Virus record (IMG/VR): IMGVR_UViG_3300031418_000007
Strand: one strand, 5' to 3'
DNA length: 64,000 nucleotides
Source: a virus
Lineage: Duplodnaviria; Caudoviricetes
Shown: in pieces, positions 24,777 to 33,405 of the stretch
Numbering within the stretch: the first letter of the stretch is position 1
Layout of the letters: the number at the start of each line of letters is the position of its first letter
Program-made: the position numbers and the translations under genes
The notes under the pieces: model-generated
What the model saw: only the letters and a program-made list of their open reading frames with translations
Database searches by the model: none
Told to the model about the DNA's origin: nothing

Positions 24777-25703
24777 TTACAGGTAAGCAGCTAGTTCAGC
24801 GGTAGTCGCCGGAATAGCATTGGTGTTGTTATCGATGATGGTCTGAATCTCATCGGATGCCGATTCAATGATGTCACCACCAAAGAAACGGTTCTCGAGA
24901 TATTCGCCCAGCATCACACCACCCAGGCCCAGACCTGTACCCGCAGAAGCTGCCAGTGCGGTTTTCACCAGCTCTGGTAACTTGCGTACTGCGTCTACTT
25001 TGGTGAACAGGTATTCTGCACCGAAGTAAGAAGCAGCGGTACCGGTTAAGCCACCTGCAATTGCGCCCACAGTGAACTTCTTGTTGGCAACGACGTTGAA
25101 GCCCGCGGCTGCCAGTGCAGTACCGGCGGCGATGAACTTAGGCTGTAACCAACCTTTGCTCGCTTCATCCAGACCAATCAGAGACTGTTCAATCTCTTTG
25201 GCGATGGCATCGTTTGCCTGCTCAGCTGCTTCTTTTGGATCAACGCCTTTTTCTACAGCAGTGTCAAATGCTTTGACGGCGCTGCGGTTAACGTTCAGCA
25301 GAGTCATTTCTTCACCGGACAGTGTTTCGCCACGCTTGATGCGCGCTTCCAGTGTGTTCATGGCTTTACGTTGAACTTCGATCGGTGTAGCAACACCGCT
25401 TTCCAACAGCACTGGTGTGGTCAGGTCGTAGTCCTTCAGTTCGTTCACGGTGTAATGCAGCCCGGTACGTTTATTTACCAGGCCATTGAACTCACCGTAC
25501 TGCGCTGGCTCGATCATAGTCTGCAGCTCATTGGCATACAGATGTTTGATGTAGTCAGGGTGAGCGTTCTGCTCACGCAGGTGCTTGATTGTTTCCACCA
25601 GTGAATGTGCAGCAATCTGAGCAGTTGAACGCTGTGGGATAACTTCGTGTACAGCAGCATCAGTGTTGTTGTTGTTAGCAGTGTTCTGTGATTTGTTTGA
25701 CAT
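24777..25703 (-). CDS. Early protein with C-terminal Gly/Ala-rich (glycine-zipper-like) hydrophobic helices
   Basis: Start MSNKSQN at 25703; segments FIAAGTALAAAG, VGAIAGGLTGTAASYFG and ALAASAGTGLGLGGVMLG. Confidence 0.65.
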   Translation of the reverse strand: MSNKSQNTANNNNTDAAVHEVIPQRSTAQIAAHSLVETIKHLREQNAHPDYIKHLYANELQTMIEPAQYGEFNGLVNKRTGLHYTVNELKDYDLTTPVLLESGVATPIEVQRKAMNTLEARIKRGETLSGEEMTLLNVNRSAVKAFDTAVEKGVDPKEAAEQANDAIAKEIEQSLIGLDEASKGWLQPKFIAAGTALAAAGFNVVANKKFTVGAIAGGLTGTAASYFGAEYLFTKVDAVRKLPELVKTALAASAGTGLGLGGVMLGEYLENRFFGGDIIESASDEIQTIIDNNTNAIPATTAELAAYL

Positions 25704-25773
25704 GATATATACTCTCTCAAAGTTTATATGGGATATAAGGGATGTAAAACATTTCCTATGTTTATACACCTGA

Positions 25774-25782
25774 GTAATATAG
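25774..25782 (-). promoter_or_regulatory. Putative early promoter core CTATATTAC
   Basis: Follows the terminator at 25834; the predicted transcript begins with a hairpin (ggtgtataaacat/atgttttacatcc). Confidence 0.75.
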
Positions 25783-25833
25783 ACTTGAGAAAAACTATAA
25801 TCTAAATTTGCAGCTAAAAAAGAAAGCCAAATA

Positions 25834-25863
25834 ATAACCCTATCCCGCAAAGGATAGGGTTAT
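25834..25863 (-). terminator. Intrinsic terminator
   Basis: ataaccctatcc-cgcaa-aggatagggttat. Confidence 0.75.
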
Positions 25864-25867
25864 AGAG

Positions 25868-26593
25868 TTATTTGATTAGGTTTTGGAAGCGTGTAAATAG
25901 AATACGGAAGTACAGTTCTGCCGGCACGTTGTCTTGTGCACCCAGCGAGAAAGCATCATTAACTTCTACCAATGTCCATTTACCATCCAGCTTTGCCACG
26001 TCGAATGAACCGTGGGGTTGACCGAACTCAGTTAATAGATTGGCAATCTCCCGATTCATGTTCGTTAACTCAGGATCTTTAACCGAGCAGTGGATGTCAA
26101 ACAGTTCTCGATCCAGCTCAACGTAATAGTAGACGCGGTTCTCCTCTGTGAATTCCACAGGCTTACAAACGTGGATCTCGGTATTCTGAGACACGCCTTG
26201 TAAACGGAAGTCTTCCAGATCCTTACAGACAAACCCAGGGAAACGCTTAACTTCTTTAGCCGGCTTAATGAACTTGGGTAAGTGTTCCGGCTTGAGATCA
26301 GCCAAGGTAAGTTGAGTGACCTGACGACGCAGATAGCCCAGCACACAATACGGGTAATCGTAAGGCAGTGGGAGTTCTTTGTCGTACTTGCGTAACACTT
26401 CACGCATAAAGCCGATGGAACCCGACGCAAACACAAAGCCATCAGGAAGTTCTAACTTCTTAACCTGCTTCTTACCCACGGGTACGATTTGAATACCGGT
26501 TTTGAAGTTCGCTTCCAGGAAGGTTTTGATTAACTCTTCCTCAGGTCCATAAACACCTGTACCTCTTTGTTCTAACCAAAAGACATGCTGCAC
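25868..26593 (-). CDS. ATP-grasp protein, R2K clade (DUF4343-like)
   Basis: GSIGF, DYP..L..YL.R.V, FIKP...KRF.GFV, E.RVY, FDVA...W.LVEVNDAFSLG. Confidence 0.8.
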   Translation of the reverse strand: MQHVFWLEQRGTGVYGPEEELIKTFLEANFKTGIQIVPVGKKQVKKLELPDGFVFASGSIGFMREVLRKYDKELPLPYDYPYCVLGYLRRQVTQLTLADLKPEHLPKFIKPAKEVKRFPGFVCKDLEDFRLQGVSQNTEIHVCKPVEFTEENRVYYYVELDRELFDIHCSVKDPELTNMNREIANLLTEFGQPHGSFDVAKLDGKWTLVEVNDAFSLGAQDNVPAELYFRILFTRFQNLIK

Positions 26594-27168
26594 AGTGATT
26601 CCCCCTGTTTGATTTTTTCGACGATAAGACCCGGGTCAATAGGACCGAGGTGTGTTCGGGTTGGATTAGATAAGCCACGTTCAATGATCGTGCGCGATTC
26701 CCCTCGCTGCGCATATTTCTCGATTTTGATCATTCCCCCGTAACGATGGTGATATTTCCGCATTGACAAAATATAGTGGAATCCATCATGTTCGAATTCC
26801 TGCTTAAAGCGACCATCTATGAAACAGGCTGGACTGCTCTTGGCTTTAAATTCTTCTTCTTCATCACCGTACTCTTGAAGATGAACAGAAATCCCCAGCG
26901 TTGCCAGCGTGCGTTCGATGCCGCGGAAAAGCGTAAGGTGTTCGAAGTTGCTTTCATCATAAGGCAGTGCGCGTAATGCCATCTGTCGGTAGATTTCCGC
27001 TAATTCAATCAGGCCAACATCAAGGTGCTCTGGTTCCATTGAGAAAACAGTTGTTCCCAACTTTACGGATAACAGACCTGAAGCTGAGCCAGACTGGAAG
27101 ATAAAAGAGTGGTCGAGTTCGCCAGTTTTGATACTCCATTTGCCGCGGTGTAATTCAGTGATGATCAT
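26572..27168 (-). CDS. Hypothetical protein
   Basis: 198 aa, AAGGA RBS, overlaps the ATP-grasp start. Confidence 0.6.
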   Translation of the reverse strand: MIITELHRGKWSIKTGELDHSFIFQSGSASGLLSVKLGTTVFSMEPEHLDVGLIELAEIYRQMALRALPYDESNFEHLTLFRGIERTLATLGISVHLQEYGDEEEEFKAKSSPACFIDGRFKQEFEHDGFHYILSMRKYHHRYGGMIKIEKYAQRGESRTIIERGLSNPTRTHLGPIDPGLIVEKIKQGESLCSMSFG

Positions 27169-27229
27169 AATGATTCCTTGAAGTTGCGTGCATAATCCTT
27201 ACACCTGATAAAGGGTGTAAGGAATGAAG

Positions 27230-27661
27230 TTATTGACAGTTTCTAACGGTTTCGTTGGAGAAGGTCAGGGTTTGTCCTAACCAATGATCCAGTCCTGCTT
27301 TCACGACTTCTAACTCATAGCCGTCGGGTTTGTACACCAAACTCATATGTAACAGCAGTGAGCCGAAAGAGTGTTCGTAACCGGCTTCACGCAGGCGGGT
27401 AAATTCGCGCTGTAAGCCGATGGAGTGCAGTTCTGCTACGATGGCATCACCCAATGGCTTAAAGCCCAGCACAGTGGCTGTGAACAACGCATCGGGGTTA
27501 ATGACACAACGGGTTTCTTCGCATTCACGATCATCAAACATCATCGTGACGTGGAACGGAAATTCAGATACCGGATGCAAACCCAGTTCAGCAATATCAC
27601 GACTGAGTTTACGTTCTTCTTCTTTCACCAGGTTAACGGAGATATAACCGAGTTTGGTCAT
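27230..27661 (-). CDS. 2H phosphoesterase, T4 gp57B/Acb1 (anti-CBASS)-like
   Basis: Two Hx(T/S) motifs (FHVTMMF, LHMSLVY); GYISV start; L...F..LR.AGYEHSF..L.HMSL.Y parallels the Acb1 segment L..RH...RALGATHDF..Y.PHITLSY. Confidence 0.75.
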   Translation of the reverse strand: MTKLGYISVNLVKEEERKLSRDIAELGLHPVSEFPFHVTMMFDDRECEETRCVINPDALFTATVLGFKPLGDAIVAELHSIGLQREFTRLREAGYEHSFGSLLLHMSLVYKPDGYELEVVKAGLDHWLGQTLTFSNETVRNCQ

Positions 27662-28196
27662 GTTGGTTCCTTAAGTGCGTAGTGAATCGTTTCATAGCAT
27701 CCCTACGTCGGTTCCAACTGCGGTACTTACTGCGACGTTGAAGAAACTTGCGTAACCCATTAGGTAATGTTAAACCGTGTGGGGTCAACAGGTGTTCGAC
27801 AAAGATGGCTCGATCACGACCGTTAAAATAATAACCCTGTAAATCACAAATTGTTTTAATCGCACTGCCCTGATAAAAAGGCGGTTCGTCATCACCCATG
27901 TCATTGAGTTGTAGTGCCTTGACACCTTGACGACTGATGCCGTTGGGGAAATACGCGTCAAAGATAAGGCCGTTCTCTTCTACCCATACGTGCCAACCTC
28001 CGGCACAGATGGTGGGTGACAGTCCTTGCGCTTTGGCTAACATATAGACCAGCGTTGCCATGACGTAGCAGTCGCCGTTATTGATTTTTGTTTCCAGCGA
28101 CAGTTTGCTTTTGGGCTCTTGCTTGTTGTACAGCGTACGAAAGTGGGGCAGCATACTGCGAATGATGTCAGCATACTGCGCCCGTTTGTTATCCAT
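27633..28196 (-). CDS. Papain/transglutaminase-like Cys-His-Asp protein
   Basis: INNGDCYVMA, WHVWV, IFDAY; the ATGGATAA overlap with the RNase H stop fixes the start at 28196. Confidence 0.55.
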   Translation of the reverse strand: MDNKRAQYADIIRSMLPHFRTLYNKQEPKSKLSLETKINNGDCYVMATLVYMLAKAQGLSPTICAGGWHVWVEENGLIFDAYFPNGISRQGVKALQLNDMGDDEPPFYQGSAIKTICDLQGYYFNGRDRAIFVEHLLTPHGLTLPNGLRKFLQRRSKYRSWNRRRDAMKRFTTHLRNQHDQTRLYLR

Positions 28197-28680
28197 TGGT
28201 GACATATCCAACATCTGCTTCCGTGGGGTTCTTGAGGGCTTCGCCAGCGGCTTCATCTGCCATGTCATTATACTTATCTCCAGAATGTCCCTTGACCTTG
28301 AAGAAGCGCACCTTGTTCTCTTTCAACAATGCATGCATCTCTTTCCAGAGGTCGAGGTTCTTGATGGGTTTCTCAATACCGGTTTTCCAATCCGTGTTGA
28401 TCCACTTCTTCCTTGCCCACGCCCAGACCCAGGCAGAACAACCCTGCTTGACATAGTTGGAGTCGAGATAGACATCAAAGGTTTTGTTAGGACCGAACTC
28501 TTTCAACAGTGCAATCAGTGCCATCATTTCCATTCGGTTGTTGGTGGTTAAATGGTAGCCTTTTGATAAAGTGAGTACTTCTTCACTGCCTTCAATCGGG
28601 AGTATGACCCCGTAACCACCTGGACCTGGATTGGGGTTTGCACCGCCATCCGTATAGGCCACTATAATCTTTTCATCCAC
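28189..28680 (-). CDS. rnhA: Ribonuclease HI
   Basis: YTDGG..PNPGPGG.G, TTNNRMEM.A, DS.YV..G..W..W...W, KN.DLW, VKGHSG...ND.AD. Confidence 0.97.
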   Translation of the reverse strand: MDEKIIVAYTDGGANPNPGPGGYGVILPIEGSEEVLTLSKGYHLTTNNRMEMMALIALLKEFGPNKTFDVYLDSNYVKQGCSAWVWAWARKKWINTDWKTGIEKPIKNLDLWKEMHALLKENKVRFFKVKGHSGDKYNDMADEAAGEALKNPTEADVGYVTNG

Positions 28681-28695
28681 GTTTACTCACCTTAA

Positions 28696-28719
28696 TAAAA
28701 GGGGGAGGTTTCCCTCCCC
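28696..28719 (-). terminator. Stem-loop with T-tract
   Basis: ggggagg-gaaa-cctcccc-cttttatt. Confidence 0.65.
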
Positions 28720-28727
28720 AATGTGTG

Positions 28728-30236
28728 TTACCAGAAATTCGAATACCCTACGGTTTCCAGTTTCTTAACTGCGGCCACAGAACGGGCAATTTCGATACGA
28801 TCACGTAGCGTGTTGGTTACGTGACGGGTTACCTGTGCACTGACTTCGCTGACACCGAATGAGGATTCGATAGCGCGACGCACGTACGCTTCCATGTTGT
28901 CGTCCAGTTCAGCATACTGCATGCCGGAATGACGGAAACGGAACGGAGGACAGCCACGACGATCATCTTCAATCAGCGCAGAACGTTTTGGCTGTTTCGC
29001 GACTTCATAATGCGAGCTGCCGTATTCGTCATTGCCGTCGATGTTCAACCAGAAAGATTCACCGCCGTTCAGCAGAGAAATTCTCAGGTTACCGTTGACC
29101 GGAATCACCGTGATGTCAAAGATGCTGTTAACTTCAACGCAGCCTTTAGACGTCAGGTAAGTACGGTCGGTTTGGTGACACGCTGTTTTGTTGATACGGA
29201 TGCTGGTTGTCGCATTAATGTGCAGTCCAGTTAAACGACTGCCTTCAATGCTTACCAACTTGGACGTGAACTCGCTCTCTTTGATTTCAGAGCGCTTAAC
29301 GTTAATTGTTGATTCGCCAAAGCGCACATCTTTCAACTGCGACTTGCTGATAAGGTGACGACCAAACGGCTTTTCACTGCCGTAGGTGGTAACCTGCACC
29401 AGGGTACTGTGGCTAACAAACGCATTTTTCAGACAGCACTGTGCGAAGTCGTCAGAAATAACCCGCGAGCTCTGCACGATGACGTTATTCCATTTCTGGT
29501 TCACGATCAAGTTGTCACCCGCAGCCACGACGTTGGTCAGCGCAGACTCTGCCACTACCATCACGCCAAAACGACGCTGTAACGCCGGGCCGGTTTTTTC
29601 CCAATGGCTAGGTGCTTTGATATCTTCGGTCAACGTGACTTTACTGCCGTGCGCCAGAATCAGCACCTGATAGATACGGTTATCGATCAGTTTGCTACGC
29701 AGCGGTGAAGTCAGTTCGTCGTGGTGGTTATGCATGTCGTCTTGCTTTGGTACGACCGCATAGACATAGACATCCCACAGACGTTCTTCTTTAGATACCT
29801 TTGCCCAGACCTGGTTGCGGCTAAAACTGTAGTCAAAACCGCGCTCTTCGAAATAGACACGGGAGATAGGTGCCTTGTAACCTTTCACCACCGGCTGGAT
29901 AGTTTCACCCGCGATAATCAGTTCACTGCCCGCTACGGCATCCGGTTGGTTACCCCACCCATGGTAGTAGCTGCGCATTTCAGCGGTAGCCACCTTTTCC
30001 ACTTCCAGCGTGTTCAGCGCCTGGATCTCGAGGTTTACTTCCTGAGTTTGCACAGCCGGTCCCGGGATTTCGATGCCCATGTAGCTTTTCTTCTGCACGG
30101 GCGCAGCAACTTCTTCTTTGATTTCAGCTACCACTGTGGCTGGCGCTTCAACGTTTACCGTAACAGCATTTTCAGCGCCTGCATTTTCCACGGGTGCTGG
30201 CTCAACGACTTTCTTCTTGTCCTGTGCTTTTGACAT
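28728..30236 (-). CDS. Hypothetical protein with acidic disordered N-terminus and possible beta-solenoid core
   Basis: Repeating (S/N)x(L/I/V) short-strand pattern (SALTNV, SRVISD, STLVQV, SQLKDV, SEIKES, SRLTGL). Confidence 0.55.
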   Translation of the reverse strand: MSKAQDKKKVVEPAPVENAGAENAVTVNVEAPATVVAEIKEEVAAPVQKKSYMGIEIPGPAVQTQEVNLEIQALNTLEVEKVATAEMRSYYHGWGNQPDAVAGSELIIAGETIQPVVKGYKAPISRVYFEERGFDYSFSRNQVWAKVSKEERLWDVYVYAVVPKQDDMHNHHDELTSPLRSKLIDNRIYQVLILAHGSKVTLTEDIKAPSHWEKTGPALQRRFGVMVVAESALTNVVAAGDNLIVNQKWNNVIVQSSRVISDDFAQCCLKNAFVSHSTLVQVTTYGSEKPFGRHLISKSQLKDVRFGESTINVKRSEIKESEFTSKLVSIEGSRLTGLHINATTSIRINKTACHQTDRTYLTSKGCVEVNSIFDITVIPVNGNLRISLLNGGESFWLNIDGNDEYGSSHYEVAKQPKRSALIEDDRRGCPPFRFRHSGMQYAELDDNMEAYVRRAIESSFGVSEVSAQVTRHVTNTLRDRIEIARSVAAVKKLETVGYSNFW

Positions 30237-30251
30237 TTCACTACCCTTTTA

Positions 30252-30521
30252 TTAACGGTTTAAAGAACGTGCTAACAGATCGATGTTGTTGTTCAGATTG
30301 GGTTCAATAAGGAAGATGAACACCTTGCCGTTGGCACGACGAGTTTCCTTGTTTGCCCAATTGCTCAGGAAAGGCAGTTCGCGACGGTCCAGCACCGCAC
30401 GAATATACAGTGCGTTTTCTTCCACAATGTATTTCACCTTGTCCTGCATGTGCATGCGGAAGCTGGCGATTTGATCAGCCGGACCTGAGATTTCTACTTC
30501 ATCGTAATCTTCATAGCTCAT
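30252..30521 (-). CDS. Hypothetical protein
   Basis: 89 aa, ATGA-coupled to the ligase stop. Confidence 0.6.
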   Translation of the reverse strand: MSYEDYDEVEISGPADQIASFRMHMQDKVKYIVEENALYIRAVLDRRELPFLSNWANKETRRANGKVFIFLIEPNLNNNIDLLARSLNR

Positions 30522-32434
30522 AGTGCTTTAATCTCCTTAACGATCTGATTGAACTCGGTATCACGACGTACATGAAGCAATGCGATACCCAGCTTACGGG
30601 CTTCTTTCATGGAGTTGGTTTCGGTGTCATCAACCGTCGAACCAACAATCACACACTTAACCTGCTTGGTGAGCCGTGGCACGACTTCTATGCCACTTTT
30701 CAACAACAGCTCGGTCATGACATTCCGCGGAGAATCAAACACGCCTGTGAGCACCACACGCACTAGATTAGGGCGCTGTGTATCAGGACGCACTGTTACT
30801 GCCGCCGCCAGACGTTCGATATAACGCATCTGGTTTTTGTCACTGCTGTGTTTCAACAAACTCAGTGCTTTGGCCGGGGTAAGTGCTTCCTTTACACTTT
30901 CAGGTTCTTTGATAAATTCCAAGAACGTTTCCAGTGTTCCCAGCTTGTGGCTTAACTTGGCGGATTCCGTGATGCCGAACTCTGCCATGTTCAAGACATA
31001 GATGAACTGACTCAGCGTCATCTTACGGGCATTTTGAATAGCGGCGTAGTGTCGCGCACCGGCCTGGGCTTGGTCTAAACCAAACAAATCCAACGGCGTC
31101 TTCACTAGCCCTTGTCCAACCCACTCTTCCAGCGTATTGGGACCCAGACCCTGGATATCCAATCCCTCTTTTGCCACGGCACGCTTTAACGTACTCAGTA
31201 GTTGATCGGTACAGCCTTCGGGATCATTACACACCAGCGATGGACCGATACGACTCACTGACCCTTTACAGCACGGACAGCGTTCAGGCAAGGTAAACCG
31301 CGCACCCTGACCTACCTCAATCACGGCATGTAGGTGAGGAACACAATCCCCGCTCATCACCACACGGATCTTGTCCCCGCGCCCCAGCTTTAATCGTAGG
31401 AAGTTACCGGCGTTAAACAGGTTAGCCTGTGAACACTTACTGCCGTCGATATTAACTTCTTCGTACACCAGCTTGGGAACGATCTGGTTCTTGTTAACAC
31501 TCCAGGTTACGTCCAGCGCTTCAGTGTCACCAAACAACGTGTTGTACTTAAACGCCATAGAGGAAAACGGGGCTTTGTCTTGATGATCAACACGCTCGTG
31601 GTAATCGAGCTGGTTGGCTTTCAGCACATACCCATCAAACGGCACGGTCTTGTTGCGAGCCTGTGACATCAGGTCTTTCTCTGACACCAAATCAGGCACG
31701 GCAAAACCTTGCTTCACCAGCCATTCACGCACCTCTTTACCGGTGGTGAACTTCAGTGCTTTGATTACTTCCGGCGAGACTTCATAAGCACTTAACGTAA
31801 TCATGCCGCGCGCGTTCCGCGTAGGTTCTGCACTGCGCACCCAACCTGATACCTGATTGCGTTGTTTCTCGATTTTCACACCATTGGCTTTGAGATGCGC
31901 AATGTCGTCAAAGGTCAAGTGAGCTTCACAACGGATATCGAACGCGGGAATGTCTTTGGTGTCTTCCAGCAATTGCGGCAGGGACTTAAACAGTTTGCTG
32001 TTGTGGGAGACATCTTCACCCTTGGTTGTGGTGCCTTTAGTCAAGACATGCGCCAGACGACCGTAACGGTAAATCAGCTCAATCGCTAACCCGTCAATCT
32101 TGGTTTCGATATAGCTTTCGCGGTACAGTTTCTTAAAGAAAGCATACTGGTTAAAGTCATAGGTGCGGCGCAGGGAAATGAAGGAACGTAGGTGGGGAAC
32201 TAACTTCAACGCGGTTCTCTGTTCAAACAACGCCACCGCCCTGTCTTCGCTCTGAAGGGCTTCGAGCTCTTTTACTAGGTCGGGGTTGTCTTCCAGCAGG
32301 GACACCAGAGACAGCTTTAACAGGTCATATTCGCTGTCGCTGATCTCGCTTTCGTTGAGCACAAAGAACAAGTTATCGTGATAGTCGATTTGTTCTTGTA
32401 ATTTCAACGCTTGTTCAATGAGTGGGGTTTCCAT
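30518..32434 (-). CDS. ligA: NAD-dependent DNA ligase
   Basis: YHD..F...SEISDSEYD, KIDG adenylation motif, GEDV, FDGYV.K, AFKY, GD.IRV..SGD..P, C4 zinc finger, HhH repeats and a C-terminal BRCT. Confidence 0.93.
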   Translation of the reverse strand: METPLIEQALKLQEQIDYHDNLFFVLNESEISDSEYDLLKLSLVSLLEDNPDLVKELEALQSEDRAVALFEQRTALKLVPHLRSFISLRRTYDFNQYAFFKKLYRESYIETKIDGLAIELIYRYGRLAHVLTKGTTTKGEDVSHNSKLFKSLPQLLEDTKDIPAFDIRCEAHLTFDDIAHLKANGVKIEKQRNQVSGWVRSAEPTRNARGMITLSAYEVSPEVIKALKFTTGKEVREWLVKQGFAVPDLVSEKDLMSQARNKTVPFDGYVLKANQLDYHERVDHQDKAPFSSMAFKYNTLFGDTEALDVTWSVNKNQIVPKLVYEEVNIDGSKCSQANLFNAGNFLRLKLGRGDKIRVVMSGDCVPHLHAVIEVGQGARFTLPERCPCCKGSVSRIGPSLVCNDPEGCTDQLLSTLKRAVAKEGLDIQGLGPNTLEEWVGQGLVKTPLDLFGLDQAQAGARHYAAIQNARKMTLSQFIYVLNMAEFGITESAKLSHKLGTLETFLEFIKEPESVKEALTPAKALSLLKHSSDKNQMRYIERLAAAVTVRPDTQRPNLVRVVLTGVFDSPRNVMTELLLKSGIEVVPRLTKQVKCVIVGSTVDDTETNSMKEARKLGIALLHVRRDTEFNQIVKEIKAL

Positions 32435-32436
32435 AG

Positions 32437-33096
32437 TTAGCCTTTGGGAAATAATAAGTCATTAATATGGTGGTCCAGTTTAATTACATCGCTGGCTTTA
32501 CGCTGGTTGATGTAACGTGGAATGGTGTGCTGTTTGTCCCAAATAATCAGCCGACTGTCGGTGTCTAACGCAGTTTCACCAAAGATTGGGTTATCGTCTA
32601 CCAGCACAAATGCACCGTGTTGCTTTTGCAAATATGCCACCTTGTTGGGGTGGGTTTTGCGGTCAAGCATGTAAACGTGTTTGAACTGAATGCCGCTGTA
32701 GTCACGTGCTAACGCAGCCTGGGTCAATGACCCATCTTTGTCAATGCTTAGACGGTGAGTGCAAATACCCAGATCCACTTCTTTATTAACCAACAGACGG
32801 AGCACGTACTGACGGAGCTCTTCATCGGGTTTGGCTTCACTGATAAAGGTAGTGCGTTTTAAGCCGTGTTCCCACACGCGCTCATCAATGATCTTTGCGG
32901 TGGCGGGGTCAGTGTGCTCGAGGTCTTCACGCAACGTCAAGAAGTCTTGCTTGGGGATAAACAACTGGTTTAACATTAAGCGGTCAGCGTGATCCATCCC
33001 CTTGCTGTTACGCAAGTAGGCGGTCATATTGGTGTCGATATAGGCACCAGTCAAATAGAACACATCGTCCAGGTCAAAAAAGATAATTGGTTTCAT
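32437..33096 (-). CDS. HAD-superfamily phosphatase (5'(3')-deoxyribonucleotidase-like)
   Basis: FFDLDDV (motif I), CTHR (motif II), K, LVDDNP (motif IV); start MKPIIFF at 33096. Confidence 0.75.
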   Translation of the reverse strand: MKPIIFFDLDDVFYLTGAYIDTNMTAYLRNSKGMDHADRLMLNQLFIPKQDFLTLREDLEHTDPATAKIIDERVWEHGLKRTTFISEAKPDEELRQYVLRLLVNKEVDLGICTHRLSIDKDGSLTQAALARDYSGIQFKHVYMLDRKTHPNKVAYLQKQHGAFVLVDDNPIFGETALDTDSRLIIWDKQHTIPRYINQRKASDVIKLDHHINDLLFPKG

Positions 33097-33122
33097 TATT
33101 ACGAATCTCGCAAATGGCAAAC

Positions 33123-33152
33123 ATAAAGGAGAGGTGTTACCCTCTCCTTTAT
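33123..33152 (-). terminator. Stem-loop terminator
   Basis: ataaaggagagg-tgttac-cctctcctttat. Confidence 0.7.
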
Positions 33153-33162
33153 AGGTTGGTTT

Positions 33163-33405
33163 TTATGGTTTGATTGTAGAGGCGACGAACTGTAATGAGG
33201 CGTCGACATCGAACTGATCGGTGAAGCCGGTAGAGAGACATTCCGGTTTACCACTGTTAAAATTGATATAACCCAAGATTAAAGACCCAACCATAACACA
33301 GTAGTTGGCATTATTGTTTTCAATAATAGTGACGTTACACGGCATGCCTTGAGAAGCATTTATTACGCCGTTATTAATGTAACATTGCAGTGGAGACTTC
33401 TTCAT
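33163..33405 (-). CDS. Hypothetical protein
   Basis: 80 aa, overlaps the transglycosylase 3' end. Confidence 0.45.
   Translation of the reverse strand: MKKSPLQCYINNGVINASQGMPCNVTIIENNNANYCVMVGSLILGYINFNSGKPECLSTGFTDQFDVDASLQFVASTIKP

Noticed and set aside
28151-28180. 10-bp direct repeat gcatactgcg
   Set aside because: Only two copies, inside a coding region; compatible with chance.
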